Positions 11,236 to 23,863 of a DNA stretch of 64,000 nucleotides are shown one piece after another. The notes under the pieces are model-generated. The model ran no database searches, was not told where the DNA came from, and saw only the letters and a program-made list of their open reading frames with translations. The number at the start of each line of letters is the position of its first letter. Position 1 is the first letter of the stretch. Origin of the DNA: Macrostomum lignano (Eukaryota); NCBI GenBank assembly GCA_002269645.1, contig NIVC01000022.1, forward strand, positions 434,001 to 498,000. The letters run 5' to 3'. A program made the position numbers and the translations under genes.

Positions 11236-14147
11236 ACTAGCAATTTAAGCCCCCCGTTGGGGGGGGGGAGCGCAAAAATGACGCCAAGTGGTTTTTATTT
11301 TGGCCAATGAGTAATAACCTTACTTATTATTCAAAATCCATTAATCAAAACTTACTTTTTCTCATTTTTGGCAAAAATAAATTGCCATGAATAAAAACCT
11401 TCACCAGCCAAAGTTTCCTTCAACAGCCCAAAACCCTTTCTCATTCAGCAAATAGTACTTATCCTTTCAAGCACAAACTCTTAGTGCATATCGTCATTGG
11501 CCTGGGCATATTCTGGTCCGCAGCAGGAGCTCAATATGCCATAAGCCTTGATGACATCTCAGCTATTTCCCCAGTAAGCCTTGACATCGCAGCAATTCCC
11601 CCAGTAAGCCTTGATATCGCAGCAATTCCCCCAATAAGCCTTGACATCGCAGCAACGCGAAGTCGAGCCTTGGCATCTACACAATTCTCCCAGCCCAGTA
11701 AGCCTTGACATCGCAGCAATTACCCCATTAAGCCTTGGCATCTCAGAAATTCCCCCAGTAAGCCTTGACATCTCAGCAATTCCCCCAAATAAGCCTTGAG
11801 ATCTCAGCGATACCCCGAGTAAGCCTTGTCATCTCAGCAATTCCCCCAGTTGCCATGAATCAAAACCTTCACCAGCCAAAGTTTCCTTCATCAGCCCAAA
11901 AGCCTTTCTCATTCAGCAAATAGTACTTATCCTTTCAAGCACAAACTCTTAGTGCATATCGTCATTGGCCTGGGCGTATTCTGGTCCACAGCAGGAGCTC
12001 AATATGCCATAAGCCTTGATGACATCTCATTAATTTCCCCAGTAAGCCTTGACATCTCAGAAATTCCCTTAGTAGGCCTTGACATCTCAGCAATTCCTCC
12101 AGTAAGCCTTGACATCTCAAAAATTCTTTTAGTAGGACTTGACATCTCAGAAATTCCCTTAGTAAGCGTTGAAATCTCAGAAATTCCATTAGTAAGCCTT
12201 GAAATCTCAGCAATTCCCCCAGTACGCCTTGAAATCTCAGCAATTCCCCCAGTACGCCTTGAAATCTCAGTAATTCCCCCAGTAAGCCTTGAAGTCTCAG
12301 CAATTCCCCCCAGTAAGCCTTGAAATCTCAGTAGCTAGTTCCTCAAGTAAGTCTTGACTTCCCACAATTCCCCCAGTAGGCCTTGACAACTCAGCAATTC
12401 CCCCAGTTGCCATGAATCAAAACCTTCACCAGCCAAAGTTTCCTTCATTAGCCCAAAACCCTTTCTCAATCAGCAAATAGTACTTATCCTTTCAAGCACA
12501 AACTTTTTGGGCATATCGTCATTGGCCTGGGCATATTCTGGTCCGCAGCAGGAGCTCAATATGCCATAAGCCTTGATGACATCTCAATAATTTCCCCAGT
12601 AAGCCTTGACATCTCAGCAATTCCCCCAGTAAATCTTGACAATTCAGTAATTACCCAGTAAGTCTCGAATCTCAGTAATTCCTCCAGTAAGTCTTGAAGT
12701 CTAAGCAATTCCCCCAGTAAGCCTTGACATCTCAGCAATTCCCCCCAGCAAGCCTTGAAATATCAGCAATTCCCCCAGTAAGCCTTGAAGTCTCAGCAAT
12801 TCCCCCAAGTAAGCCTTGACATCTCAGCAATTCCCCCAGTAAGCCTTGACATCTCAGCAATTCCCCCAGTAAGCCTTGACAACTCAGCAATTCAGCCAGA
12901 TAAATGTGCTGCTTCAATGCAGACTCCAACTGCCGACCATCTGCTTAGCCTATGCCTGTTATTGCTTGTCTACAGTAATTCAGTAATTCTTGTAGCTTGT
13001 AGCTTCTCTTCTAATCCCGCGAAACAGAATGCAGTCATACTATTAACAGCCTGCAGACATCCACTTTGCCGTCTACAACTTTCATTAACATCAGCAAACT
13101 ACAATAAGTCTCGAATCTCAGTAATTCCTACAGTAAGTCTTGACTTCTCACAATTCCCCCAGTAAGCCTTGACATCGCAGCAATTAAACTCGAGCCTTGG
13201 CATCTACGCAATTCTCCCAGCCCAGTAAGCCTTGACATCTCAACAATTCCCCCAGTAAGCCAGATAAATTTGCTGCTTCAATGCAGACTCCAACTGCCGA
13301 CCATCTGCTTAGCCTATGCCTGTTATTGCTTGTCTACAGTAATTCAGTAATTCTTGTAGCTTGTAGCTTCTCTTCTAATCCCGCAAAACAGAATGCAGTC
13401 ATACTATTAACAGCCTGCAGATATCCACTTTGCCGTCTACAACTTTCATTAACATCAGCAAACTACAATAATTCACTCAGCAGAATACAGTTATCCCCTC
13501 AATAAACTTGCAATTTCAGTCTAAATGAATGATCCCTTCGATATTTGATCATTCCATTTGCAGTCTACAACAATTCTCATTTATCCTCTCAGCAGTCTGC
13601 AGTTTTCCTCTTTGCTGGCTCCTCAGTATCCTCAGGAAGCTGCAATGATCCTTTCAATAATTGTACGGCTCATTATATAATCAATTTTCGATAGATATTG
13701 GCAGTCTTTTGCACATCAATGCAACGAAGATTTTGCATCGTCTGCATTTTAGCGATTAGTCCAGGCAGGTACAAGCTACGCGTAATTTATTATACGCGTA
13801 TTTTATCTCCCACGTGCATACTCTGAAGCTTGCGAATAATTTAATTATTTATAGCTCGCAGCATCAGCTCAAGAAGTTAAAGTTTAGTCTATGGCCATAG
13901 ACGTATTATTATTTTTCGAGCTCTCACTGCGAGAAAAATACACTAATTAGATAGGGAAAATACAGTTTTTTGAATATTTAAGACCTTTAGAATTGAAGCA
14001 GATAAAAGAAATGTTAACCATACAATCCTTGGCTGAGTTTAAATTTTTTGGTGAAAACGCGATCAAAATTGGTCAAGAATTGCAGTCTGTAGAGCGTTTT
14101 ACACGGACAGACAGACATAGATTAGAGATTTAGTATATAAGAAGGAT
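11236..14147 (+). mobile_element. Non-autonomous Helitron/Helentron-like unit 3
   Basis: Begins ACTAGCAATTTAAGCCCCCCGTTGGGG. Ends AAAATTGGTCAAG..ACGGACAGACAGAC..TTTAGTATATAAGAAGGAT. Confidence 0.45.
11384..13470. repeat. 30-bp minisatellite (CCCAGTAAGCCTTGACATCTCAGCAATTCC)n within block duplications
   Basis: Blocks beginning GCCATGAAT..AAAACCTTCACCAGCC start at 11384, 11852 and 12409. 12890-13100 is duplicated at 13260-13470. The same 30-bp motif occurs in unit 1 (2550-3560). Confidence 0.9.
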
Positions 14148-14746
14148 GGAAGTATAACTTTTTGTCTCTATAACTAGAGGGAGATATGTGCTATAAAGTT
14201 TTTATTATTTAATGACAATTGCCAAGAAGAAAGTGAAAAATTGTGCAAAGTGAGGCTGTTAAGGCAGTCAAACATTCAACAGAATTAAATAGTTATACTG
14301 CTGTTTTTCTTGGAAGATCCAAACCGATTCTGATTCTGGAATCAGTAATATGAAAAGCCTCTAGCCTCTAGGTCAAGATTGTGCAAAAAAGTATGCTTTT
14401 TTTCTGTTCCAGTGTTCTGTGGTAAGGGGATAATTATTGTGGCAATCAATGCCACATTGGCCCATATGTCTTGTCTGATCTTGTTAAATGGCCTATAACT
14501 CGCCATTTTTGTGCAATGGCAGGTAAACCTAGCCTATCTGGCATTCTTTCGTTTTACAATCCCTGAGCAGGTCAAGTTTTATCTTACGATCCCCATTAAA
14601 AAAGAGTCAAAAAGACACTCACTCTAGTTTATCAAAAAAAGTATGTTTCACATTTATTTTTCAAGAAAAAAATCATTGCAACTCACTTTCCAATCAACCT
14701 AATTCATCACTGCAACTCATTTTTCAGTCAACTTGAGGATCATAGG

Positions 14747-15432
14747 CGTAGCAGAGTTATGAAAGCACGTAGCTTATATTCACTTTCATCATATGCTCAT
14801 TTAAATGGTGAATTTAGATGATCGCAAGACAAAACCGAAAGAGCTTGTAGGTTTTGAATAACGATCACTGCATTATTAGTAGAATTGCATTAGAAGGATC
14901 GTATGACGAAAGTGAATAGATTACTATGTTCTAAATTGCTATATTAAGTGATCATTGTCACTCTATGGACATGGAGTCCCAGTCCACGTCAGATAGCCAG
15001 CCATCCTTGCAGTGGTTCAAGAATGAAAATATAGGCCTATTCATTATAAGATTCACAGGCACCACCCCTCCCCCTCACTTTTGTTATACAATCCCCTAAG
15101 TTCATTGGACCTATGTGTTATACTGAGGGGTGATTGTATGACAAAAATGAGGGGGTGGTGCTTGCAAATCTTATAATGAATCTTATAATTTAATATCTCC
15201 GTGGACATATTAGATGCTACAATTGATTGTTTGGTTGAAACGTCTATTATAGCGACAGTTTCCTACCATTTTGTTATATGATCTCTCTAATACAAATCTA
15301 CTACTGGTGTGATTGTAATTCAAAACCTACAAGCTCTTTTGGTTTCATCTTGCAATCATCTGCATATAAATTCACCATTTAATGATCATATAATGAAAGT
15401 GAATATAAGGACAGGCTTCTAACTTCTATACG
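14747..15432. mobile_element. Foldback/MITE-like element with nested inverted repeats
   Basis: Imperfect ~120-bp inverted arms at 14747-14868 and 15309-15432, plus an inner inverted pair at ~15039-15097 and 15126-15181. Confidence 0.6.
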
Positions 15433-16857
15433 ACACAAGATTTTATGTTAAAATGATACGTTTAGAAGTGGTCCCATTTTGAAGTTTGATTTTAAGAGCA
15501 ATTTTTCTGTCTTCTGTGGGGGGATCGTATAACAAAAGTCTCAACTCCCATAGGGACAGTGCTAGGTGGTCATAAAATGAAAGAATGCTGCCTATCTATA
15601 ACTAGTATAAATTCAATGTTGGCGGTTGGGCACAATTCCAATAACTCTCATAGGCTTCAAGACAATCTGGCGACAGTCAAATCGGTGGTCACTGGTCAGA
15701 AAATGTAAAAGAATGCATCAATTTAATGCAGTTTCCTATTTTTAAGCAATATATATATATATATATCATCATTATAAGAAGACAAGTGGTTGATAGTTGA
15801 TTGGAATCCTCACATTTTGAACCCACTAAATTATAATTCTCAGAACTATTTTTGCATATATTCTAATAAAAAATAGTTAAGAAGACTAATAGCAATTGTA
15901 ATTATGAGGGGTGTTTTAGAAGTAACAAGAATTTTTTTATAACTTTTGATTGGATAAACATATGAACCTGAAATTCTCACGCAATAATTTTATACATTAA
16001 CAACTAATAGCTTTATATTTTAAGCCTTATATAGCTACATGGAACTGTTTAATTGTAAATGAAAACACATGCTTTGAGATTGAAGATTATGATTTTTGTC
16101 TATGCCAAAAAGACTCAAAAAAGTTTAAAACTTGAAGGCTTTTAAACTTTTGCTGCTAAATTTGGCTATTTCTCATAAGGGCCCACTTTTTCTGCTTTCT
16201 ATGGACAAAGTTGCTTGGGAATAATCTTGCAGTTTTGAGCTACATAGCATTCCTGGTTAAAGTTGCAATTTCTGGCTGATGTGGCCATAGAATATTCTGT
16301 GAAAGTGGCTCAAATTTTTTCCAACTTAGACTATAGTCGTATAGATAGTCCAAAAATGTCATGAGTTTTTTGGGAGGAGGAAATTAACAAAACTGGTGCA
16401 TTGCTGCAAGAAGGGTATCTAGATGAGTGGCAGCTTTGTAGAGCTCACTGAAATTGCTGAAGAATGAAAAATTGTGCCAGATTTTTTACTTGATCAAACT
16501 TGGTTACTTTTGCCATAGACAAAAATTGTAATTTTAAATTTTGAGGCATGATCTTTCATTTACAATTGCACAGTTGCATGCAGCTATATAAGGCTTAAAA
16601 TAAAGCTATTAGTTGTTCATATGTGTAAAAAACTGGGTATTTTAATAAAGTATTATAATTAAGGTGTCCAACTTTCAGGTCTTGGTAATATTGGTTTTCA
16701 TCAATACTTTTTTGAGTATTGTACCTAACATTATATATGTTGTGATAAATAAAGTCAATGTAATAAATAAAGAAATTTTTTTTTCTTTTTGGGTAAGTCA
16801 CAGCTAGTATAATTTCAATAGTTAAACATATTTTTTTGTAAGACAAAACTCAATATT

Positions 16858-16895
16858 TGCGACGCGTTTCGGCTAAAACTAGCCATCTTCAGGCA
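16858..16895 (-). ncRNA. Minimal type I hammerhead ribozyme motif (Penelope-type), GUC cleavage triplet
   Basis: Minus strand: TGC-CTGAAGA-T-GGCTA-GTTT-TAGCC-GAAA-CGCG-TC-GCA. This gives a CUGANGA/GAAA core, 5-bp stem II, palindromic ACGCGT stem III and 3-bp stem I. Confidence 0.6.
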
Positions 16896-17033
16896 CTATC
16901 GAACAGAATTTATTTCAACCTATTAAATACTGTGTAGACGACAAAATCAGGTATTGAAAAGATATAAAAGGACTAAAGGATCAATGTACAGTATAGCAAT
17001 GTTCATAATATTTTGTGGAATGACAGGACAGAG

Positions 17034-17078
<45 letters not shown>

Positions 17079-17105
17079 GCGTATGCGCCCCAAATGTACT
17101 CTAGC

Positions 17106-17288
17106 TTAGAATACCAACAGCTGTTCACTCGCACCTCCTCCAGATAGTTGGACATTGAGAGTGGGTTTGTGTAACTTAATGTGCAGAGCTTCAAGAATGT
17201 TAAGTTTATGCTCATTTTTGCTGTTGTCTATGACCTTGAAATGAGAGGTTATGTCTGGCTCATCACAACAACCATGGCATTGCAGCAA
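17106..17288 (-). pseudogene. C-terminal fragment of a Penelope GIY-YIG endonuclease domain
   Basis: SHFKVIDNSKNEHKLNILEALHIKLHKPTLNVQ matches the F.i+...L.i.EAL.Ik...P.LN.q C-terminal motif of PLE GIY-YIG domains. Confidence 0.75.
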
Positions 17289-17658
17289 ATGTTCATGAAT
17301 TGGAGAGTTTCGTTGCCTCTCATTTCAAGGTCATAGACAACAGCAAAAATGAGCATAAACTTAACATTCTTGAAGCTCTGCACATTAAGTTACACAAACC
17401 CACTCTCAATGTCCAACTATCTGGAGGAGGTGCGAGTGAACAGCTGTTGGTATTCTAAGCTAGAGTACATTTGGGGCGCATACGCCTCATTCTCTCTCTC
17501 TCTCTCTCTCTATCTTTTTTCTCTGTCCTGTCATTCCACAAAATATTATGAACATTGCTATACTGTACATTGATCCTTTAGTCCTTTTATATCTTTTCAA
17601 TACCTGATTTTGTCGTCTACACAGTATTTAATAGGTTGAAATAAATTCTGTTCGATAG

Positions 17659-17696
17659 TGCCTGAAGATGGCTAGTTTTAGCCGAAACGCGTTGCA
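17659..17696 (+). ncRNA. Minimal type I hammerhead ribozyme motif (Penelope-type), GUU triplet
   Basis: TGC-CTGAAGA-T-GGCTA-GTTT-TAGCC-GAAA-CGCG-TT-GCA; mirror of the left-arm motif with a C>T change at the cleavage site. Confidence 0.55.
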
Positions 17697-18597
17697 AATA
17701 ATATTGAGTTTTGTCTTACTATTATCTGTTAAGAGTGCTTCTCTACCGCAATTATATTTTTTGTATTTATTATATATTTTATCTTTGATTTAAACAAATT
17801 AGGAATTTGAAGCCATCATTAGAGCTAGGCTCTAGATAGTATACATGTACACCAGAATTTTCCAGCATACAAAGGGATCTGGTATACACCATTGGCATAC
17901 AAATTGGAATATAAAGGGGCCTAGCATACCCCTTGGTGCACAGATTGGCATACAGAGATTTGCCAAGATAGCAAGTAGAACCAAAGTTCCAAGTCCCAAT
18001 CAATATACATAGTCAGCATACAAAAATGATTAAGTTCAACTTTGGTATAGTCTCTATATAAATAGAGTAGCTATATTTTAATCAAAAAGAGTAGCTCCCA
18101 GACCTTACAAAATCAAAATCAAAATCACATTAAAATTTTGTGATCCTTAAGTATTGGTTGTAATATTTAATTTTTGTTTGCAATTAAAGTCTGTTGGTAT
18201 ATGAGCTAGGGAAGCAATTTTTATTCTAGCATATAACAGTACATGATCCTGACCCTCTGGCATTAGAGGACATTGTTGTTATTCTTTTTTATTTACAATC
18301 TTTTCTCATTGACTTGCACTTAGTAAAATTTATCAAATGAATCTATTAACAATCCATAGCTAAGAATAGGCCTCTAATATCTGACTGTTTTTCATTCCCT
18401 TATTCTTAAGCAGAGACCAGCCACAGGGGAAATTATAGATATAGTAGGCATGTATTTGGTGAATATTATTTCCATTGATTCTGTTAATTAATTTATGTGA
18501 TTTGTAAAAAATGAACATCTATTAAAGCTATGCTATTTGTAAGCCTTCAAACATGAATCACACTTTTATGGAATGCTTATAACATTTCAGAGCAGCC

Positions 18598-18855
18598 ATG
18601 ACACAAGGCGGCTACACACTGGCAGGTGCTGTTGATAGCAGTGACAAACAGCAGGAGGAACTGCTTGAGATCGATCTAATTCGACATCCCGGAAAGCCAC
18701 TGGGCATTGAGTTCCTGTTTGGCCATCTGAGCCTACCGCGTGGTCCCACCAGCGGCCTCTTTGTGCGACGGGTTGACAGGCAGACCGCTGGAAGTGACAG
18801 CGGAGAGGCCAGCTTGCTTGAGGAGGGCGACTTTGTCCTGTCCGCTAATGGCCAG
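18598..18855 (+). CDS. STXBP4: STXBP4/Synip-like protein, coding exon 1 (PDZ N-half)
   Basis: EIDLIRHPGKPLGIEF...GLFVRRV...GDFVLSANGQ is a PDZ signature. Acceptor TTTCAG at 18590, donor CAG|GTAAG (phase 0). Confidence 0.75.
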
Positions 18856-18924
18856 GTAAGTAAAATTTGTCTGCACTGCCTTGTTTGTAGGCTGCACACT
18901 CAGCATGCCTAACCTAAAATATCG

Positions 18925-19640
18925 AGGGCAGCACAGCCACCTGAAGACTCAGGGAGGGCAGCACACAGCCACCTGAAGAATCAAGGAGAGCAGCACACAG
19001 CCACCTGAAGAATAAGGGAGGGCAGCACACAGCCACCTGAACAATCAGGGAGGGCAGCACACAGCCACCTGAAGAATCAGGGAGGGCAGCACACAGCCAC
19101 CTGAAGAATCAGGGAGGGCAGCACACAGCCACCTGGAGAATCAGGGAGGGCAGCACACAGCCACCTGAAGAATCAAGGAGAGCAGCACACAGCCACCTGA
19201 AGAATCAGGGAGGGCAGCACAGCCACCTGAAGAATCAGGGAGGGCAGCACACAGCCACCTGGAGAATCAGGGAGGGCAGCACACAGCCACCTGGAGAATC
19301 AGGGAGGGCAGCACACAGCCACCTGAACAATCAGGGAGGGCAGCACACAGCCACCTGAACAATCAGGGAGGGCAGCACACAGCCACCTGGAGAATCAGGG
19401 AGGGCAGCACACAGCCACCTGAAGAATCAGGGAGGGCAGCACACAGCCACCTGAAGAATCAGGGAGGGCAGCACACAGCCACCTGAACAATCAGGGAGGG
19501 CAGCTAAGTCACCTGAAGACTCAAGGAGGGCAGCTAAGCCACCTGAAGACTCAGGGAGGGCAGCACAGCCACCTGAAGACTCAGGGAGGGCAGCTAAGCC
19601 ACCTGAAGACTCAGGGAGGGCAGCACACAGTCACCTGAAG
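18925..19640. repeat. 32-bp intronic minisatellite (CAGGGAGGGCAGCACACAGCCACCTGAAGAAT)n
   Basis: Tandem units filling STXBP4 intron 1. Confidence 0.95.
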
Positions 19641-19681
19641 ACTGCAGGTTCACAGCCGAATTCCCCTCTGAAACCGGGCAG

Positions 19682-20225
19682 GAGCTCCGCACAGCCGCGA
19701 CAGAGGCGGCCGCACTGGAGGCGATCCGCAAGGCCGGTCGGCAGTGCCGTCTTAGAGTCCTGCGAAGCGACTTTGTCCGCTCTGAGTTTCTCAACTGCCT
19801 TGTCCGCTCTCTTAACGGCGGCGGCGTCATCGGCGGGTCTCGCCGCGGACCTTCAGCAGTTGATGACGACGTCGCGGTGCATCAGCGGCGTCCGCAGCAG
19901 CAGCGACAGCGCCGAGCAGCTGCTGAATCAGCTTCGCCGACTCGATCCCGCCACCAGGCGCCGCTGCCGCCGACTCAGAAGCAGCCGCAGTCGATGCCAG
20001 CCCTGTCATCGGGCGCCAGAGTTCCGCTGGCAAAGCTGGAGCTGGCGCTGGCCCGGTTGGGCTACCGGTTCACCGCCGGCGAGCTGGCCGAGCTCAGGAA
20101 TTCCGTTGGCGGCGGCGGCAGTGGCAGCGTGCCGTTCGGTCAGTTCGTGGCCGCCGTCAGCGACATCATCGGCAGGCGGTGGGGTGCTGGCAACCAGCTC
20201 GAAATTGAGGAGGCTGTGGTTGTTC
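19682..20225 (+). CDS. STXBP4: STXBP4/Synip-like protein, coding exon 2 (PDZ C-half, EF-hand-like region)
   Basis: GGGCAG|GAG continues the PDZ in frame (NGQ|ELRTAATEAAALEAIRKAGRQCRLRVLR). An EF-like segment follows (ELAELRNSVGGGGSGSVPFGQFVAAV). Donor C|GTGAGT (phase 1). Confidence 0.75.
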
Positions 20226-20344
20226 GTGAGTTGCTGCGAGACTTTGCCACTTCTTGATATTCTGATTTTTTTAAATGTCATTACCATCCTGACACTCAAT
20301 AACCATCTGACGCCCTTAATGGTCACCTAAAATCTCAGAAAATC

Positions 20345-21385
20345 ATTTAACACCATTAATAATCATCAGACACCATTAATAATCATCTGACACCATTGAT
20401 AATCATCTGACACCATTGACAATCACCTGACACCATTGACAATCATCTGACACTATTGATAATCATCTGACACCATTGATAATCATCAGACACCATTGAT
20501 AATCATCTGACACCATCGATAATCATCTGACACCATTGATAATCATCTGACACCATTGGCAGTCATCTGACACCATTGACAATCATCTGAAACCATTGAT
20601 AATCATCTGAAATCCGTGGATAATCATCTGACACCATTGATAATCATCTGACACTATTGATAATCATCTGACACCATTGATAATCATCTGACACCATTGA
20701 TAATCATCTGACACCATTGATAATCATCAGACACCATTGATAATCATCTGACACCATTGATAATCATCTGAAATCCGTGGATAATCATCTGACACCATTG
20801 ATAATCATCTGACACCATTGATAATCATCAGACACCATTGATAATCATCTGACACCATTGATAATCATCAGACACCATTGATAATCATCTAACACCATTG
20901 ATAATCATCTGACACCATTGATAATCATCTGACACCATTTATAATCATCAGACACCATTGATAATCATCAGACACCATTGATAATCATCAGACACCATTG
21001 ATAATCATCAGACACCATTGATAATCATCTAACACCATTGATAATCATCTGACACCATTGATAATCATCTGACACCATTGGCAATCATCTGACACCATTG
21101 ATAATCATCTGAAATCCGTGGATAATCATCTGACACCATTGATAATCATCTGACACTATTGATAATCATCTGACACCATTGATAATCATCTGACACCATT
21201 GATAATCATCAGACACCATTGATAATCATCTGACACCATTGATAATCATCTGACACTATTGATAATCATCTGACACTATTGATAATCATCTGACACCATT
21301 GACAATCATCTGACACCATTGATAATCATCTGACACCATTGGCAATCATCTGACACCATTGACAATCATCTGACACCATTGACAA
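20345..21385. repeat. 20-bp intronic minisatellite (GACACCATTGATAATCATCT)n
   Basis: Tandem units filling STXBP4 intron 2. Confidence 0.95.
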
Positions 21386-21427
21386 TCATCTATACCTTTA
21401 CTAACGACTGTCCGCCGCTCGCCTCAG

Positions 21428-22149
21428 CAGCCGCAGCAGCGGCCACCTCGGCGGCGGCCCCACTTTCGCAGCGGCACCGTCAATCCGGCGGCTTCGAAGC
21501 TCGCGACAAACTGGACGTTGTCGACAGCGGCGCGGCGAAGCAACGGCCGTTTGTCGCTGCTACGTCGACATCGACTGGCTCGCAGACTGCGCTGACAGGC
21601 CCGGCCCAGGACGCCGCAGTCGCCGCCGCAAAGTCTGAGGCCCGCGAACTTGCCGACCAGTGCGCCGCTCTGCAGCGCCGCCTGGACGACGCTGAGGCAG
21701 CCAACGAGCGCGACAGGCGACGTCTGGCGGTGCTGGCTGGCGAGCTGCGGAAATCCGGCCGGCATAGCAACCGGCTAGCAACGGCGCTGCAGGCTACGCT
21801 GGACCTGCTGGGCCGCCTGGCAAACCTCGACCAGGCCGAGCGGGCCGAGGCCGACGCCGTTGCCGTGCGGGCCGCTGAGTTGCTAAGCAACGAAGGCGTT
21901 GATGGCAACGACGACCTGCCGCCAGGTTGGGAGCCGGCGCAGCTGCGGCCGGGCGGTGCCGAGGCCGCCGCCGCCGTCTTTGCCAACCATGCCGAAGGTC
22001 GGGTAGCTCGGCAGCCGCCGGCAGCCGGAAATTCCAAGCGGGCCGAACAGGAGGCGGAACCGGAAGTCGACGGGCCAAAGCGGCTGCAGCGCTACCGGAT
22101 GGACATTCTGGACCGCAACGGGGTGCCGGTCAGGCAGATCGCGCTGTGA
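21428..22149 (+). CDS. STXBP4: STXBP4/Synip-like protein, coding exon 3 (coiled coil + WW domain)
   Basis: TACTAAC branch point at 21399-21405 and CTCAG| acceptor in phase 1. Coiled coil (ELADQCAALQRRLDDAE) then a degenerate WW (DLPPGWE...VFANHAEG...QPP). The joined CDS is 1524 nt (507 aa). PDZ-EF-CC-WW order is diagnostic of STXBP4. Confidence 0.75.
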
Positions 22150-22227
22150 CGGCCAGGCGGCTGCTACAGCTGTGCGGTCTTCCGCGGATTGCTTGAATTG
22201 TAATTCAGTAATTGCAGGCTTTCTTAA

Positions 22228-22261
<34 letters not shown>

Positions 22262-22304
22262 GTCTGTCTGCCTGTCTGTCTGTCTGCCTGTCTGTCTGTC
22301 TGCC

Positions 22305-22337
<33 letters not shown>

Positions 22338-22616
22338 GCCTGTCTGCCTGTCTGTCTGTCTGTCTGTCTGCCTGTCTGTCTGCCTGTCTGTCTGCCTGTC
22401 TGTCTGCCTGCCTGTCTGTCTGCCTGTCTGTCTGTCTGCCTGTCTGTCTGCCTGTCTGTCTGTCTGTCTGCCTGTCTGTCTGTCTGTCTGCCTGTCTGTC
22501 TGTCTGTCTGTCTGCCTGTCTGTCTGTCTGTCTGTCTGTCTGTCTGCCTGTCTGTCTGTCTGCCTGCCTGTCTGTCTGTCTGTCTGTCTGTCTGCCTGTC
22601 TGTCTGTCTGCCTGCC

Positions 22617-22675
<59 letters not shown>
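22228..22675. repeat. (TCTG)n/(CCTG) microsatellite
   Basis: Direct reading. Confidence 0.97.
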
Positions 22676-23617
22676 ATGTATGTATAGAATCGTTTCTATT
22701 TAAACCATGCTTCATTACAGGTTTCAGTTTTACTCAATTCCAAACACGCAAGCCAAAGTGTAAATGCTTGGCTGTCTCTAGTCTTTTAATCGTTGGATTT
22801 TGAATTCGTGCCTACAGAATCAAGTTAATAAAGTTTTTCTTATCATTTTTTATTCCAGCGCTTCCCCAGAGACATTCTGTGATTTCGTTTCGATAGTAAA
22901 GTTTGAAGTACATCATCGTGCACTTCGCCTTTTTTACTTTTTTGGTCAATGGTATCTCCGTAAGTATTCGAGTTTGGCTGTCTTCCTCTGTAGCGCAGAT
23001 GTTTATGCACTGTTCCTCTTTTATTATTTTTTATCCCTAATAAGTTTTTGATGCTATTTATTTGCTTTTGAAAACTGTCTACCTTCTTGTTAATGCTCAG
23101 ATTTCCTTTCAGAACTGGCGATTCCAATTAATAAAAATGCAGTTTGAAAACGCGATGCACTGCTGGTCACGTGCTGTGCGACGTCTCAAGCTGAATTATA
23201 ATTCTGGGTTTTCATTGTCCTGTGTAATTTGACCAGCTTTGTGAACTGGCGCTGTACTTTATCGCTGTTTGATAATAGTAACAATTGAACCCTTCCGCAT
23301 CGAATCTGCCAGTTGATGCAGGCTGAGCAGGGCTCAGAGAGAATGTGCAGTAACTTTCCTCTAGCAACTATTTACACAAGTTTCGGTTATATCGCAGATT
23401 TGTTACTGAAAGTAGCGTGCTAAGCAAATGTTTGTTAATATTATACAATATTCCAAATGAACATCGCATATGCGAGTTTTCGAAACGCAGGCTCCGCTAG
23501 GCATGGCGAGTTGGACACGAATTGAACGAACAACACTTTAATGCCCTGTGCTTTTGCATACATTTGCACAAGTACATAGGTGGCAGCACTGACTATACTC
23601 TCGTATGTTATCCATTC

Positions 23618-23787
23618 TGTGTGTCTGTGTGTGTGTGTCTGTCTGCCTGTCTGTCTGTCTGTTGTGTATGTGTGTTTGTCTGTCTGTCTGACTGTCTGCC
23701 TGCCTGTCTGTCTGTCTGTCTGTCTGTCTGTGTGTGTGTGTCTGTCTGTCTGTTGTGTGTGTGTGTGTGTGTGTGTGTGTCTGTCTG

Positions 23788-23822
<35 letters not shown>

Positions 23823-23828
23823 TGTCTG

Positions 23829-23863
<35 letters not shown>

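Larger units (their letters stand above)
16838..17719. mobile_element. Penelope-like retroelement 3' remnant as an inverted (tail-out) duplication
   Basis: Near-perfect arms at 16838-17248 and 17316-17719 with a 67-bp spacer. Each arm encodes a GIY-YIG C-terminus and a hammerhead-like motif. Confidence 0.8.
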
